Shown here: positions 27,393-36,043 of the stretch, piece after piece
Layout: each line of letters starts with the position of its first letter
How positions within the stretch are numbered: the first letter of the stretch is position 1
Source: an uncultured SAR86 cluster bacterium
GTDB taxonomy: Bacteria; Pseudomonadota; Gammaproteobacteria; Magnimaribacterales; AG-339-G14
Direction: 5' to 3'
NCBI GenBank assembly: GCA_902589965.1
Contig: CACIUX010000002.1
Location: 94,998 to 158,997, forward strand
Length of the DNA stretch: 64,000 nucleotides
Position numbers and translations under genes: made by a program
The notes under the pieces: model-generated
The model's input: only the letters and a program-made list of their open reading frames with translations
The model's database searches: none
Told to the model about the DNA's origin: nothing

Positions 27393-27734
27393 TTAATTAA
27401 TCTTTGCTTTGAGAGTTTCTTTGAGTTGAGACAAATTATCGATGTGTTCAAAATCTCTTCTTGAGATCAGCTCTTTAAAGGAATTTTCTTTTTCCAATAA
27501 TATTGTAGGATAAGTCAGGTTCAGCTTTTTTATCGACTCGGGTAATTCGTTTATATGCAAAACTTGATAAGGACGATCTAATTCTCCAAGGAAACCATCC
27601 CAAGACTTTTTTTGAAAGATTAAAGTATGACTAAGATCGCACAGTTTACACTTGTCACGGCCGGATATTTTTTTAAGAAAGTAACTGATCTCCCCAAAAA
27701 AAGATCCATCGGCATTGTAGATAAAATAGATCAA
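27393..27734 (-). CDS. hypothetical protein with CxxC motif
   Basis: 113 aa with 'DKCKLCDLSH'. I recognise no family. Confidence 0.4.
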   Translation of the reverse strand: MIYFIYNADGSFFGEISYFLKKISGRDKCKLCDLSHTLIFQKKSWDGFLGELDRPYQVLHINELPESIKKLNLTYPTILLEKENSFKELISRRDFEHIDNLSQLKETLKAKIN

Positions 27735-28216
27735 TCGATGGGCTTTAGTTCATTTTTAAACAATCGAGTCGCTACCAATAAATCGCTATTGTACTCACGA
27801 ACAGAATGGATCAAGCCATCCTTCATTTTGAATATCCAAACGTATTTATTATCGTATTCTCCGTTGATACCTTCTGCATCACCGACTTGAATTAAAGCTA
27901 CCCCATCATTATCTGAAATAGCATCAATTGTGGTCAGAACGATTCCGTTCGGTAAAAGCTCTCCAACGACCGGCCAATAATTATCAAAAAAACTTTCTTT
28001 TCCATGAATTTCACTACCTGGGTAAACGATTCCCATCCACATGAAGGTAAAATCCTCATGCATTAGTTCTGATGCTGCATCAAGATCGCCAGAAATCAAC
28101 AAATGATCCATCCAGGACTGAGCTAACTCTTCATTTTTCTCACCGTTAATTTGAACATCAACTTCCATATTGCATGCCACAAGCAAAAACATTGATAAAA
28201 CTAAAATTATTCTCAT
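27731..28216 (-). CDS. SnoaL/NTF2-like lipoprotein
   Basis: I prefer the ATG at 28216 because it gives a signal peptide and lipobox 'LLVACN'. The NTF2-like pattern is 'W.DHL..GDLDAA.ELM.EDF'. Confidence 0.5.
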   Translation of the reverse strand: MRIILVLSMFLLVACNMEVDVQINGEKNEELAQSWMDHLLISGDLDAASELMHEDFTFMWMGIVYPGSEIHGKESFFDNYWPVVGELLPNGIVLTTIDAISDNDGVALIQVGDAEGINGEYDNKYVWIFKMKDGLIHSVREYNSDLLVATRLFKNELKPID

Positions 28217-28283
28217 AAATTCTCCATAATTGCTTTTAATATTGTAGATAAAAAAATCCACTTTAAAATCATATCATTGGTCT

Positions 28284-29057
28284 ATGAGAAGAATAATTTT
28301 AAGTAGAAAAGGCTTTGATTCGTCTTCTGGTGGGGTGGCTTCTCCCATTTTTGCAGATGGAAGCTTATGTTCACTGCCGATTCCTTTCTCAGGACCGGCA
28401 CCGGATAAGTTTAAAGACGTCAGTGTGAACGGTATTCGATGTATCGATGCCCTCAAAGAATCCAAGGCAAAAAGTAAACCAAGCGACAATTGCCATTACG
28501 ATCCAAATCTCGAAACAGGACTTTTTGGACAGGCTAGCAGTTCACAATCCGAGTTACGTAACAATCAAGTTGGACCGGGCGATCTTTTTTTATTTTTTGG
28601 ATGGTTTAAAAATTATTCGGAAGGTGGAAGAGACTTGCATCACATTTTTGGCTGGCTTCAAATAGATAAAATAATCGATGGTAATGAAGCGATTCAACAG
28701 TACTTTAAAAATAAAAAAAAGATGCATCCGCATGCTTTTTATAGATTTAGCAATAATTGCCTTTACGTTGGATCAAAAAAATTAATTTTAGGAAATAAAA
28801 AAACTCCTCATAAAGGTTTTGGGCATTTCAAAAAAACACATAATGATTTAGTGCTAACAAAAGATCAGGCAACCCGTTCTGTTTGGCAATTACCAAAAAA
28901 ATACTTTGCAAATTCAGATCCTTTTTTAAACAGACTCAAGTGGATAGATAAGAATGAATGCATTACGCATTGCAAAGGTCGTGGCCAAGAATACATCATG
29001 GATGTGACGAACCACCCAAAATTAATCAGGTGGTTGCATCACATTTTCCAGGGTTAG
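28284..29057 (+). CDS. conserved hypothetical protein (possible Nmad3-like nucleotide-modification-associated domain)
   Basis: The N-terminal 'ILSRKGFDSSSGGVASPIF.DGSL.SLPIP' and 'GDLFLFFGWF' recall, from memory only, the Nmad3 family. It is the only plus-strand gene among minus-strand neighbours. Confidence 0.45.
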   Translation: MRRIILSRKGFDSSSGGVASPIFADGSLCSLPIPFSGPAPDKFKDVSVNGIRCIDALKESKAKSKPSDNCHYDPNLETGLFGQASSSQSELRNNQVGPGDLFLFFGWFKNYSEGGRDLHHIFGWLQIDKIIDGNEAIQQYFKNKKKMHPHAFYRFSNNCLYVGSKKLILGNKKTPHKGFGHFKKTHNDLVLTKDQATRSVWQLPKKYFANSDPFLNRLKWIDKNECITHCKGRGQEYIMDVTNHPKLIRWLHHIFQG

Positions 29058-29087
29058 TGATTGAAATCTTATGATTTGATATTTTTG

Positions 29088-29726
29088 TCAAACATACATT
29101 TTGAACTGATCTTCATCAAAAATCGGATCTAGAGACAACATTAATCTGTTTTCATATATGTTTGGAGATCGGTGAACAACTCCATTGAACTGACTCTGCC
29201 AAGTTCCACCTTTCAATAACGACCATTCGCCAGCTTTAAATTGATTCACTTTCTTTTTTTCTTTTAACGGAGCATCAAGATTTGTTCTGTCGTCAAAAAG
29301 TTTCCAATCAACATCGTTGTTTGCAATCCATTCGGTCCCACCACCAGAAAGTGTAATTAGCAATCTGCATGGAATTTGATCAACATGAAACCTAGGACAC
29401 ATTGGTTTATCAAGGGTTAAGAGTCTCACCCCTACATACTTACAATCTAAAGTTTGATTAAGCATGCCACAGCTTCCTTTTATTTGGTCAGCAAGCATTT
29501 TGCTTGCCTCAGGATCAATTGATCCCGGAAGAAATTCATCAACTATTCTCAAATCATCCAAAGACTGAATCCATTGAAGTTCGAGATCCTGTCTCGCATT
29601 TAGAATTTCTCTCCCTAAAGAATCTATATAACTTGATTGAGGATGAGCGACGCATACTAGTTCAACATCTTTTGAGTAGATATCTCCAAAACTTTCTAAC
29701 TTCTCACTGAAAACTGATTTCATCAT
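29088..29726 (-). CDS. DUF1826 domain protein
   Basis: 'CPRFHVDQIPCRLLITLSGGGTEW' resembles the DUF1826 core. It lies immediately downstream of the COG0523 GTPase. Confidence 0.6.
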   Translation of the reverse strand: MMKSVFSEKLESFGDIYSKDVELVCVAHPQSSYIDSLGREILNARQDLELQWIQSLDDLRIVDEFLPGSIDPEASKMLADQIKGSCGMLNQTLDCKYVGVRLLTLDKPMCPRFHVDQIPCRLLITLSGGGTEWIANNDVDWKLFDDRTNLDAPLKEKKKVNQFKAGEWSLLKGGTWQSQFNGVVHRSPNIYENRLMLSLDPIFDEDQFKMYV

Positions 29727-29741
29727 TTTTTTATCCCCAAG

Positions 29742-30947
29742 TTACTTCCATGCTGGAAATGGATCGTTGAAAGTAGACCAGTACTCTCTTCCTTTAAGAA
29801 CATCTTCCTCGCTCAAAAGACAAGCATCTAGAGCAGCAATCATTTCTTCTTTTTGAAGTTTTTGACCGATAAAGACTAACTCTTGACGCATATCACCAAA
29901 CGGCTCTACCCATTGTTTCTTAATGGATTCAAGATATTCTTCATCTTGCGGCCAATCTTTTTCTGGGACAGCCTTCCAAAACATCCCTGCAAAACCGTAA
30001 CGAGCAATTCCTCCAGCTTGACTCCATTGTCCGGCAAATTCCGGACGAGTAGCCAACCAAAAATATCCCTTTGAGCGTATTAATTTGCCAAATTTTTCTG
30101 TTCCGTGCAGAAAATTATGAAATTTTTCAGGATTAAAAGGTCTGCGTGCTTCATAAGAGAAACTAGAAATACCGTATTCCTCAGTTTCGGGTACATGTTC
30201 TCCCCTCATCTCCTTAAGCCAGCCTGGTGATTGCTGAGCTTTAGAAAAATCGAAAGAGTTTGTATTCAGCACCTCGTCGACAGCGATGTTGCCGTTTTCA
30301 ATTGGAATGATTTTTGCATCGGTATTAAGTGTTTTGAGAATTGCAGTTAAACGTTCTACTTCTCTGGAACTAACAAGATCAGTTTTACTGATTAGAATAA
30401 TATCTGCGAACTCCACTTGATCAACCAGCAAATCAGCCACGCTTCGCTCATCATCTTCACCCATTGATTCACCTGCATCTTGTAGGCTTTTTGCCTGATC
30501 GTAATCTTTAACAAAATTTACAGCATCTACAACGGTTACCATCGTATCTAATTTGGCTACATCGGATAGAGAAATCCCATCTTCATCAGCAAAAGTAAAA
30601 GTTTCAGCTACAGGTAAAGGCTCTGAAATACCAGTTGATTCAATAACTAAATAGTCGAATCTCTTTTCCTGGGCTAGTTTTGTTACTTCTTCTAATAAAT
30701 CTTCTCGGAGAGTGCAACAAATGCATCCATTACTCATTTCAACGAGTTTCTCCTCGCTGCGATTTAGAGAAACTTCGTTTTGAACGATTGCAGAATCAAT
30801 ATTTATTTCGCTCATATCGTTAACGATAACGGCAACCTTTTTATTTTCTCTGTTATTTAAAATATTACTCAGTACGGTGGTTTTTCCTGCACCAAGGAAC
30901 CCTGATAAAACCGTTACAGGGAGTTTTGAATTCATTACATTTTCCAT
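29742..30947 (-). CDS. COG0523-family metallochaperone GTPase (CobW/ZigA/YeiR-like)
   Basis: P-loop 'GFLGAGKTT', metal motif 'GCICCTL', 'ESTGISEP', and a CobW C-terminal domain. Confidence 0.85.
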   Translation of the reverse strand: MENVMNSKLPVTVLSGFLGAGKTTVLSNILNNRENKKVAVIVNDMSEINIDSAIVQNEVSLNRSEEKLVEMSNGCICCTLREDLLEEVTKLAQEKRFDYLVIESTGISEPLPVAETFTFADEDGISLSDVAKLDTMVTVVDAVNFVKDYDQAKSLQDAGESMGEDDERSVADLLVDQVEFADIILISKTDLVSSREVERLTAILKTLNTDAKIIPIENGNIAVDEVLNTNSFDFSKAQQSPGWLKEMRGEHVPETEEYGISSFSYEARRPFNPEKFHNFLHGTEKFGKLIRSKGYFWLATRPEFAGQWSQAGGIARYGFAGMFWKAVPEKDWPQDEEYLESIKKQWVEPFGDMRQELVFIGQKLQKEEMIAALDACLLSEEDVLKGREYWSTFNDPFPAWK

Positions 30948-30989
30948 CTTTCACACCTACCAAAGCGTTAAAAATTAATTTTAATGACG

Positions 30990-31015
30990 TATCGCCCAAA
31001 ATTAATTGGGCGATA
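30990..31015 (-). terminator. 10-bp perfect hairpin (tatcgcccaa / ttgggcgata) just downstream of the receptor gene
   Basis: Read directly. No clean U-tract follows on the minus strand, so it may be an attenuator or a binding site instead. Confidence 0.4.
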
Positions 31016-31025
31016 GCATCACATT

Positions 31026-33347
31026 TTAGAATCGTAAGCTAAAGCGAAGACCTACGTTTCTGCCAGGTAAGGGGACCTGGTCTTTTACAAACGAATTATG
31101 ATTTCGTGCGGCTTCATCAAGAAGGTTTGAAGCAAAGAACGATAGCTTCAAATCAACATTAGGATCTAATGGAACCGTACCTGAAAGGGTGAAGTCCACC
31201 ATTTGGTAGGCACCAGTAGCAGTTTCATTTACCGCTAGCTTTGATTGCTCTTCAACGTCTTTAAGAGACAAAGTCGTTTTTAAAACGTCGTTGCTGTAGG
31301 ACACATCAAAGAAGTTCCTTGTTGGAGTCATTCTTGGGATGTAACCACCGGCAGCGAACTTACCTTCAACTGAATCTCTACCAAAGGAAACCTCAACCTC
31401 TCCGTTATCGACATCAATAATGGTTCCAAACTCTAGTTCATAACCAGTAAACTCAGCATCTTTTTGGAGATAGTCAGCTTTTATTAATCCACCGTGATCA
31501 TCGTGACCTTCTTCTTCATGATCTTCTTCGGTTTCATCTTGTAAGTAGATGTAATCGGTAATGTTATTTGCGAATACAGAGACGTTTCCAAACCAGCTGT
31601 CGATATCAAACTCAAGCGTAAGATCAACGTTATTGGATCGCTCAGCATTTAAATTAACGTTACCTGTTTCGAGCCTTCCGGTCGCTAAGTGAGGACCGTT
31701 CATGAAAAGCTCTAAAGCTGAGGGTGCTCTTTCCACAGAGGCTGCTCCAATTAGAAATTTTACATTCTCATCGATATCGTAAGTATAAGTTAGTGCAAGA
31801 CTCGCACTGGACATGTCAACATTATAAAAAGTCTGTTCACCATGCTCTTCTTCATGCTCGTCATGCTCTTCTTCTCCTTCATGCTCCTCTTCACCTTCGT
31901 GCTCATCATGCTCCTCTGTTTCAGTAAGAGATCCGTTTCTGCTGACTGAATCGTATCGAACCCCAAAATCAAGGTGATGATCAGAAAAATCCTTAGACAT
32001 GAAGTAACCAACCGTATATTCATCGGATTTTGTAGGATTCATAAAAGCTTCATGACCAACGATAGATTGATCTTCTTTGGCTAAATTAATAGAAATTTTT
32101 TGACCTAAGTTTGAAGTTGAAAGATCAAGAATAGTTCCGATCTCATAAGAATCATTTGAGAAAGTTGTTGGTCCTTCTTCACCGTGTCCATGCTCATCCT
32201 CATGCTCATCGTGATCTTCTTCCCCTTCGTGCTCATCATGATCTTCTTCGCCTTCGTGCTCATCATGGCCTTCTTCTTCTGCATGCCCTTCAGTAAGAGA
32301 GTAATCAGTTCCTCTTATAAAGTAATTAATTGACTTAACTGCTCCTGTATCAAAGTTATAAGCCCCCTGAACGTTTACTTCGTTGGAATCAGTCACAGAA
32401 AATATTCTTTCACCTTCGTGCTCATCATGGCCTTCCCCTTCGTGCTCATCATGATCCTCTTCACCTTCGTGCTCATCATGGCCTTCTTCCTCGCCATGAC
32501 CACCGTGACCTTCACCATGGTAAGGAATACCGTAATGAGTCTCTAAAATATTTGCAGATGCACCGATGTATCCCCAATCCTCGACTACCGAAAAACCAAA
32601 TTTATGAGACTCACGCTCGTAATCTGAATTCTCAAGGTACCCAAGTTCTTCGTCATGATGTTCTTCTTCTTCGTGCTCATCATGTTCTTCTTCGCCTTCG
32701 TGCTCGTCATGCTCTTCTTCAGAATGCATAACTGCTCCGTCGGGCACATCGTAATTTTCAAAATCGGTGTTTTCATAGGAGTAGCTAAAATTGATTCCAT
32801 TAACAATGTTAGTAATTCCAAAAGCTTCAGCTGTTCCCCTATTTACGGATTGTTTTTCAAAATCAACGTTGGCGTTTAACCCATCAAAATCTTGTCTCGC
32901 TATGGTGTTATCAACAATATTAATGATTCCACCTACACCACCGTTGGCGTATAAAAGTGATGATGGACCACGAACAACCTCAATTTGTTGCACGTTGTTC
33001 ATATCGATCTCAACAGGGTGATCAACCCCGATACCAGCAACATCTCGATTGACCATACCGTTTTTGAGAATTTTAATTCTGGGACCCGACAATCCTCTGA
33101 TAACCGGTTGACCTGTGGCAAAGCCATAGTCTGAATTGGCTACTCCAAGCAGGTCATCGATAGATTCACCTAGACTTGCTCTTCCTTGATCGTCTAAATC
33201 AACCCCAGATAAAACCTGAACCGGATCACCAATCTCACTTAAATTCTGATCGATTAAAGAAGCGGTAACTGTAACCTCTTCAACGTCATCAGCGATTAAA
33301 AATTGGGCACTAAGTAGCACCAATAAAAAATAAATATAATGTTTCAC
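31026..33347 (-). CDS. TonB-dependent outer-membrane receptor with five His/Glu-rich inserts (ZnuD-like)
   Basis: Signal peptide, plug domain ('QPVIRGLSGPRIKILKNGM', 'IEVVRGPSSLLY'), and C-terminal 'GRNVGLRFSLRF'. Repeated HDEHEGEE tracts are present. Confidence 0.85.
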   Translation of the reverse strand: MKHYIYFLLVLLSAQFLIADDVEEVTVTASLIDQNLSEIGDPVQVLSGVDLDDQGRASLGESIDDLLGVANSDYGFATGQPVIRGLSGPRIKILKNGMVNRDVAGIGVDHPVEIDMNNVQQIEVVRGPSSLLYANGGVGGIINIVDNTIARQDFDGLNANVDFEKQSVNRGTAEAFGITNIVNGINFSYSYENTDFENYDVPDGAVMHSEEEHDEHEGEEEHDEHEEEEHHDEELGYLENSDYERESHKFGFSVVEDWGYIGASANILETHYGIPYHGEGHGGHGEEEGHDEHEGEEDHDEHEGEGHDEHEGERIFSVTDSNEVNVQGAYNFDTGAVKSINYFIRGTDYSLTEGHAEEEGHDEHEGEEDHDEHEGEEDHDEHEDEHGHGEEGPTTFSNDSYEIGTILDLSTSNLGQKISINLAKEDQSIVGHEAFMNPTKSDEYTVGYFMSKDFSDHHLDFGVRYDSVSRNGSLTETEEHDEHEGEEEHEGEEEHDEHEEEHGEQTFYNVDMSSASLALTYTYDIDENVKFLIGAASVERAPSALELFMNGPHLATGRLETGNVNLNAERSNNVDLTLEFDIDSWFGNVSVFANNITDYIYLQDETEEDHEEEGHDDHGGLIKADYLQKDAEFTGYELEFGTIIDVDNGEVEVSFGRDSVEGKFAAGGYIPRMTPTRNFFDVSYSNDVLKTTLSLKDVEEQSKLAVNETATGAYQMVDFTLSGTVPLDPNVDLKLSFFASNLLDEAARNHNSFVKDQVPLPGRNVGLRFSLRF
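31490..32728 (-). repeat. dispersed intragenic coding repeats encoding HDEHEGE
   Basis: The 17-mer CCTTCGTGCTCATCATG (antisense of codons for H-D-E-H-E-G) occurs 6 times exactly, plus variants. The five clusters are at about 31490-31545, 31838-31922, 32172-32288, 32408-32520 and 32646-32726. Confidence 0.85.
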
Positions 33348-33383
33348 AATACCTCCAAAAAAAATTAAAAATTAAAATAAAAT

Positions 33384-33674
33384 TTAACTTTTTGGTGGTG
33401 CGCGAATAGAAAGTCGATTAGAAAAAAGGGTGATTTGCCTTGTCTGTTTTACATCAAGGAAATCGGAAAATATTGCTGTTAGTTGATGAGTGCTTTCGTC
33501 TTGAACGAATTCACTGTGTTCAGCTAAACAAGTTGAACAATCTTCACTAAGCTCATTTGAGTGCTCTTCATGAACATGATCACCGTGATCCATTTCAAAA
33601 TGCGACGTCTCATGCGAGATAATTCCCGCAGAAAAGACAATCGCAAAGAGAAAAGCAAACAGTTTAAATTTCAT
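33384..33674 (-). CDS. small secreted His-rich protein
   Basis: Signal peptide followed by 'SHETSHFEMDHGDHVHEEHSNELSEDCSTCLAEHSE'. It lies 36 nt upstream of the receptor gene on the same strand. Confidence 0.55.
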   Translation of the reverse strand: MKFKLFAFLFAIVFSAGIISHETSHFEMDHGDHVHEEHSNELSEDCSTCLAEHSEFVQDESTHQLTAIFSDFLDVKQTRQITLFSNRLSIRAPPKS

Positions 33675-33714
33675 GGGGAATATTAAACCTTTAAAAAATA
33701 AAAAAAGAAAGAGG

Positions 33715-34134
33715 TTAAAAAATTAAATATAAACCCAAGTCAACCAACAGGTAAAACATTGCTAAAAAGCCAATACTAAAAAAGATACTGCGCACACTCG
33801 GATTCTTATCAGTAGCTACCATGTAGTACAAAATCATATGAAAGACTCTCGCGATCGCATACGTCCAAAGGACAATAGAAAGCTTGGTTGCACTATAGCC
33901 AGATACTAAAGCGATCAGTGCCATTCCAAGGACAGGAACTATGTTTTCCATTGAGTTCCAAAACGTTCGATACGCTCTAAAGAACAAAGACTCTTGTCCT
34001 AACGATGGATCTATTACACCAACTTTATAATTAGGTTGTTTGCGATGCAGATGAATTAAAACCATTGCTTGAACTACGATCGTAGCCAAGATGAACCATA
34101 AACCGATTAAAGATGATTGATATATTCCCAACAT
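33715..34134 (-). CDS. MAPEG-family membrane protein
   Basis: Four TM helices. 'R..R...N..EN..P' (RAYRTFWNSMENIVP) is a MAPEG-like motif. The start at 34134 is preferred but uncertain. Confidence 0.6.
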   Translation of the reverse strand: MLGIYQSSLIGLWFILATIVVQAMVLIHLHRKQPNYKVGVIDPSLGQESLFFRAYRTFWNSMENIVPVLGMALIALVSGYSATKLSIVLWTYAIARVFHMILYYMVATDKNPSVRSIFFSIGFLAMFYLLVDLGLYLIF

Positions 34135-34190
34135 GAGTAGTATTCTAAACCCAACACACAATTAAATTAAAAAATTTCAAGAGGTTAATC

Positions 34191-35054
34191 ATGAATGTAT
34201 TTATAACCGGATGTAGCACAGGCATTGGATTAGCGGCAGCGGAGCATTTTACTGCCAAAGATTATCAAGTCATCGCAACAGCAAGAAACCCAAAGTCATC
34301 TGAAGGCCTTCAATCTCTTGATCAAAGCAATGATTCCGCAATGATTCTGCCTCTCGATGTAACCGATCAAGCTTCAGTTGATACTACAATCAAAAAAGTA
34401 ACAGATGAGGTAGGAGCTATCGATGTGCTGATAAATAACGCTGGTATCGGTCACGGAATGTCAGTCGAGAATACTTCTATAGACAAAGCCAGAGAGATCA
34501 TGGAAACCAATTACTTCGGTGCTTATCGAATGATGAAAGCAGTGATTCCAACTATGCGAGTAAAAGGCTCTGGCACTATTATCAACATTTCCTCGCAAGC
34601 AGGCAGGCGTCCATTTTTTCTTCAAGGTCCTTATTGCGCCAGTAAATATGCCCTTAACGGACTCTCAGAAACCTTGGCTCACGAAGTAGCTAAGTTTGGT
34701 ATTCGAGTAGTCTTAGTAGAGCCCGGAGTCGTAAGAACCCCTATCTTTGGTAAAAACGCTCTACCTGATGAGGATAAGGAACATTATGAAATGCTGCAAT
34801 CAAGAACAGTGCGCATGATAACTAAAGGCTTAATGGAAACAGGCTGTGATCCAATCGATATAGCTAAGTGCATGGAGGATATAGTCGTTTCAGAGAACCC
34901 CAAGATGCATTATTTACTCGAACAAGATGCCAGAGATAACATCAGAGTTTACGATGAGGAAGGCCCAGAAGCTTGGATTGAAGACGGCAAGATCGAAGAC
35001 GACGATGAATACTTTAAAGTTCAAAAAGAAAGATATGGCTATGAGCTTGGCTGA
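34191..35054 (+). CDS. SDR-family oxidoreductase
   Basis: 'ITGCSTGIG', 'NNAG', and 'YCASK' (YxxxK). Confidence 0.85.
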   Translation: MNVFITGCSTGIGLAAAEHFTAKDYQVIATARNPKSSEGLQSLDQSNDSAMILPLDVTDQASVDTTIKKVTDEVGAIDVLINNAGIGHGMSVENTSIDKAREIMETNYFGAYRMMKAVIPTMRVKGSGTIINISSQAGRRPFFLQGPYCASKYALNGLSETLAHEVAKFGIRVVLVEPGVVRTPIFGKNALPDEDKEHYEMLQSRTVRMITKGLMETGCDPIDIAKCMEDIVVSENPKMHYLLEQDARDNIRVYDEEGPEAWIEDGKIEDDDEYFKVQKERYGYELG

Positions 35055-35098
35055 AAATAATGTCTGATGAAGAACAGACTCTTTAACAAGGATAATTA

Positions 35099-35566
35099 TC
35101 AATAACAATAAAAAGAGGGAAAAACTAGTCTTGATAATCTTGCAGGTAAAACTTTGAGGCACAAAAAGGAAATACATTTATCTCGCAAAGCCCAAAAAAT
35201 GTTCTTTAATTTATAAATTAAAGATCTTTGATTCATTTCTATAACCTTCCAACTTTCGTTTAACAAAACCTCATTTGATGACAATAACGTTTCATTTAAT
35301 GATTCATTCAGGGATTCTAATTCCTTCACAATTAGAGAATAACTAATATTCGATTGATTAAGATTTTTTCTCTCGGCCAGCTTAAGTTGCAGAAGAACAT
35401 ATGAATTATCAATGATCAAATTTTTGATTTCTTTCTCCAGGATAACTTTTTGCTTATTTAAACGATAGTAATCTCCTTTAAAGCGCCATCCCGCAAATTC
35501 TCTAATTTTGGATTCATCTCTGTAATTTTTATTTAAGTGAGTAAAGTGATTTGAAAGAATTTGCAT
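35099..35566 (-). CDS. hypothetical coiled-coil protein (possibly degraded at the C-terminus)
   Basis: The ORF has heptad-like 'LNESLNETLLSSNEVLLNES'. The C-terminal 40 aa look like low-quality sequence. No family recognised. Confidence 0.3.
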   Translation of the reverse strand: MQILSNHFTHLNKNYRDESKIREFAGWRFKGDYYRLNKQKVILEKEIKNLIIDNSYVLLQLKLAERKNLNQSNISYSLIVKELESLNESLNETLLSSNEVLLNESWKVIEMNQRSLIYKLKNIFWALRDKCISFLCLKVLPARLSRLVFPSFYCY

Positions 35567-35596
35567 TTTTTAAATTATAATCCTCAAAAAAATAAA

Positions 35597-36043
35597 ATGA
35601 ATGATCAAAAGAAAAATATTGTGATTTGCGATATTGATGGAACGATAGCCAATAATGATCATCGCCAACATTTTTTAGAAGGCAAAAAAGATTGGGATGG
35701 GTTTTTCTCAGATTTAATAAACGATAAACCAATTCATCAGATCATAAAGAAAGTTATAGATCTTGAAAGCCAAGGAAATAAGATTGTTTTTTTGACTGGT
35801 AGGCCTGAAAGATATAGAGCTGAAACTAAGCGATGGCTTGATCTTTACTTTAGCTTTGAATACTTCCTTCTAATGCGAAAAGATAACGATCGAAGAGATA
35901 AGCAAAAAATAAAGCTTGAGATATTTGAAAATAATTTTACGACTGATCAAATCACTATTTGTTTTGAAAATGATTTAGGATTAATCGAGCTGTGGAAGAA
36001 AATTAAATTGAATGTTGTTGATATCAATAAATTGATCAACTAA
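35597..36043 (+). CDS. HAD-superfamily phosphatase resembling the T4 polynucleotide kinase 3'-phosphatase domain
   Basis: 'ICDIDGTIA' (DxDGT nucleophile motif), 'FLTGRPE', 'T..WL'. I prefer the ATG at 35597 over the TTG at 35561. Confidence 0.6.
   Translation: MNDQKKNIVICDIDGTIANNDHRQHFLEGKKDWDGFFSDLINDKPIHQIIKKVIDLESQGNKIVFLTGRPERYRAETKRWLDLYFSFEYFLLMRKDNDRRDKQKIKLEIFENNFTTDQITICFENDLGLIELWKKIKLNVVDINKLIN

Noticed and set aside
28274-28489. 71-aa minus-strand ORF overlapping the start of the 257-aa plus-strand gene.
   Set aside because: It is fully contained in the longer ORF, whose N-terminal motif looks conserved. It shows no independent signals.
30968-30986. AT-only palindrome AAAATTAATTTT upstream of the COG0523 gene, considered as a possible Zur box.
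   Set aside because: It is a 12-bp, pure A/T palindrome, which is expected by chance in this AT-rich spacer. It does not resemble the GTTATA...TATAAC-type core of Zur boxes that I know.
31490-32728. A repeated 17-mer array that could be mistaken for a CRISPR array, a tandem repeat or a mobile-element remnant.
   Set aside because: The repeats are in frame within an intact TonB-dependent receptor ORF and encode HDEHEGE tracts. Spacing is irregular, and no cas genes are present.
35529-35732. 67-aa minus-strand ORF at the left end of the island.
   Set aside because: It overlaps both the 155-aa ORF and the HAD phosphatase start, and it has no motifs. It is likely an artefact of AT-rich sequence.
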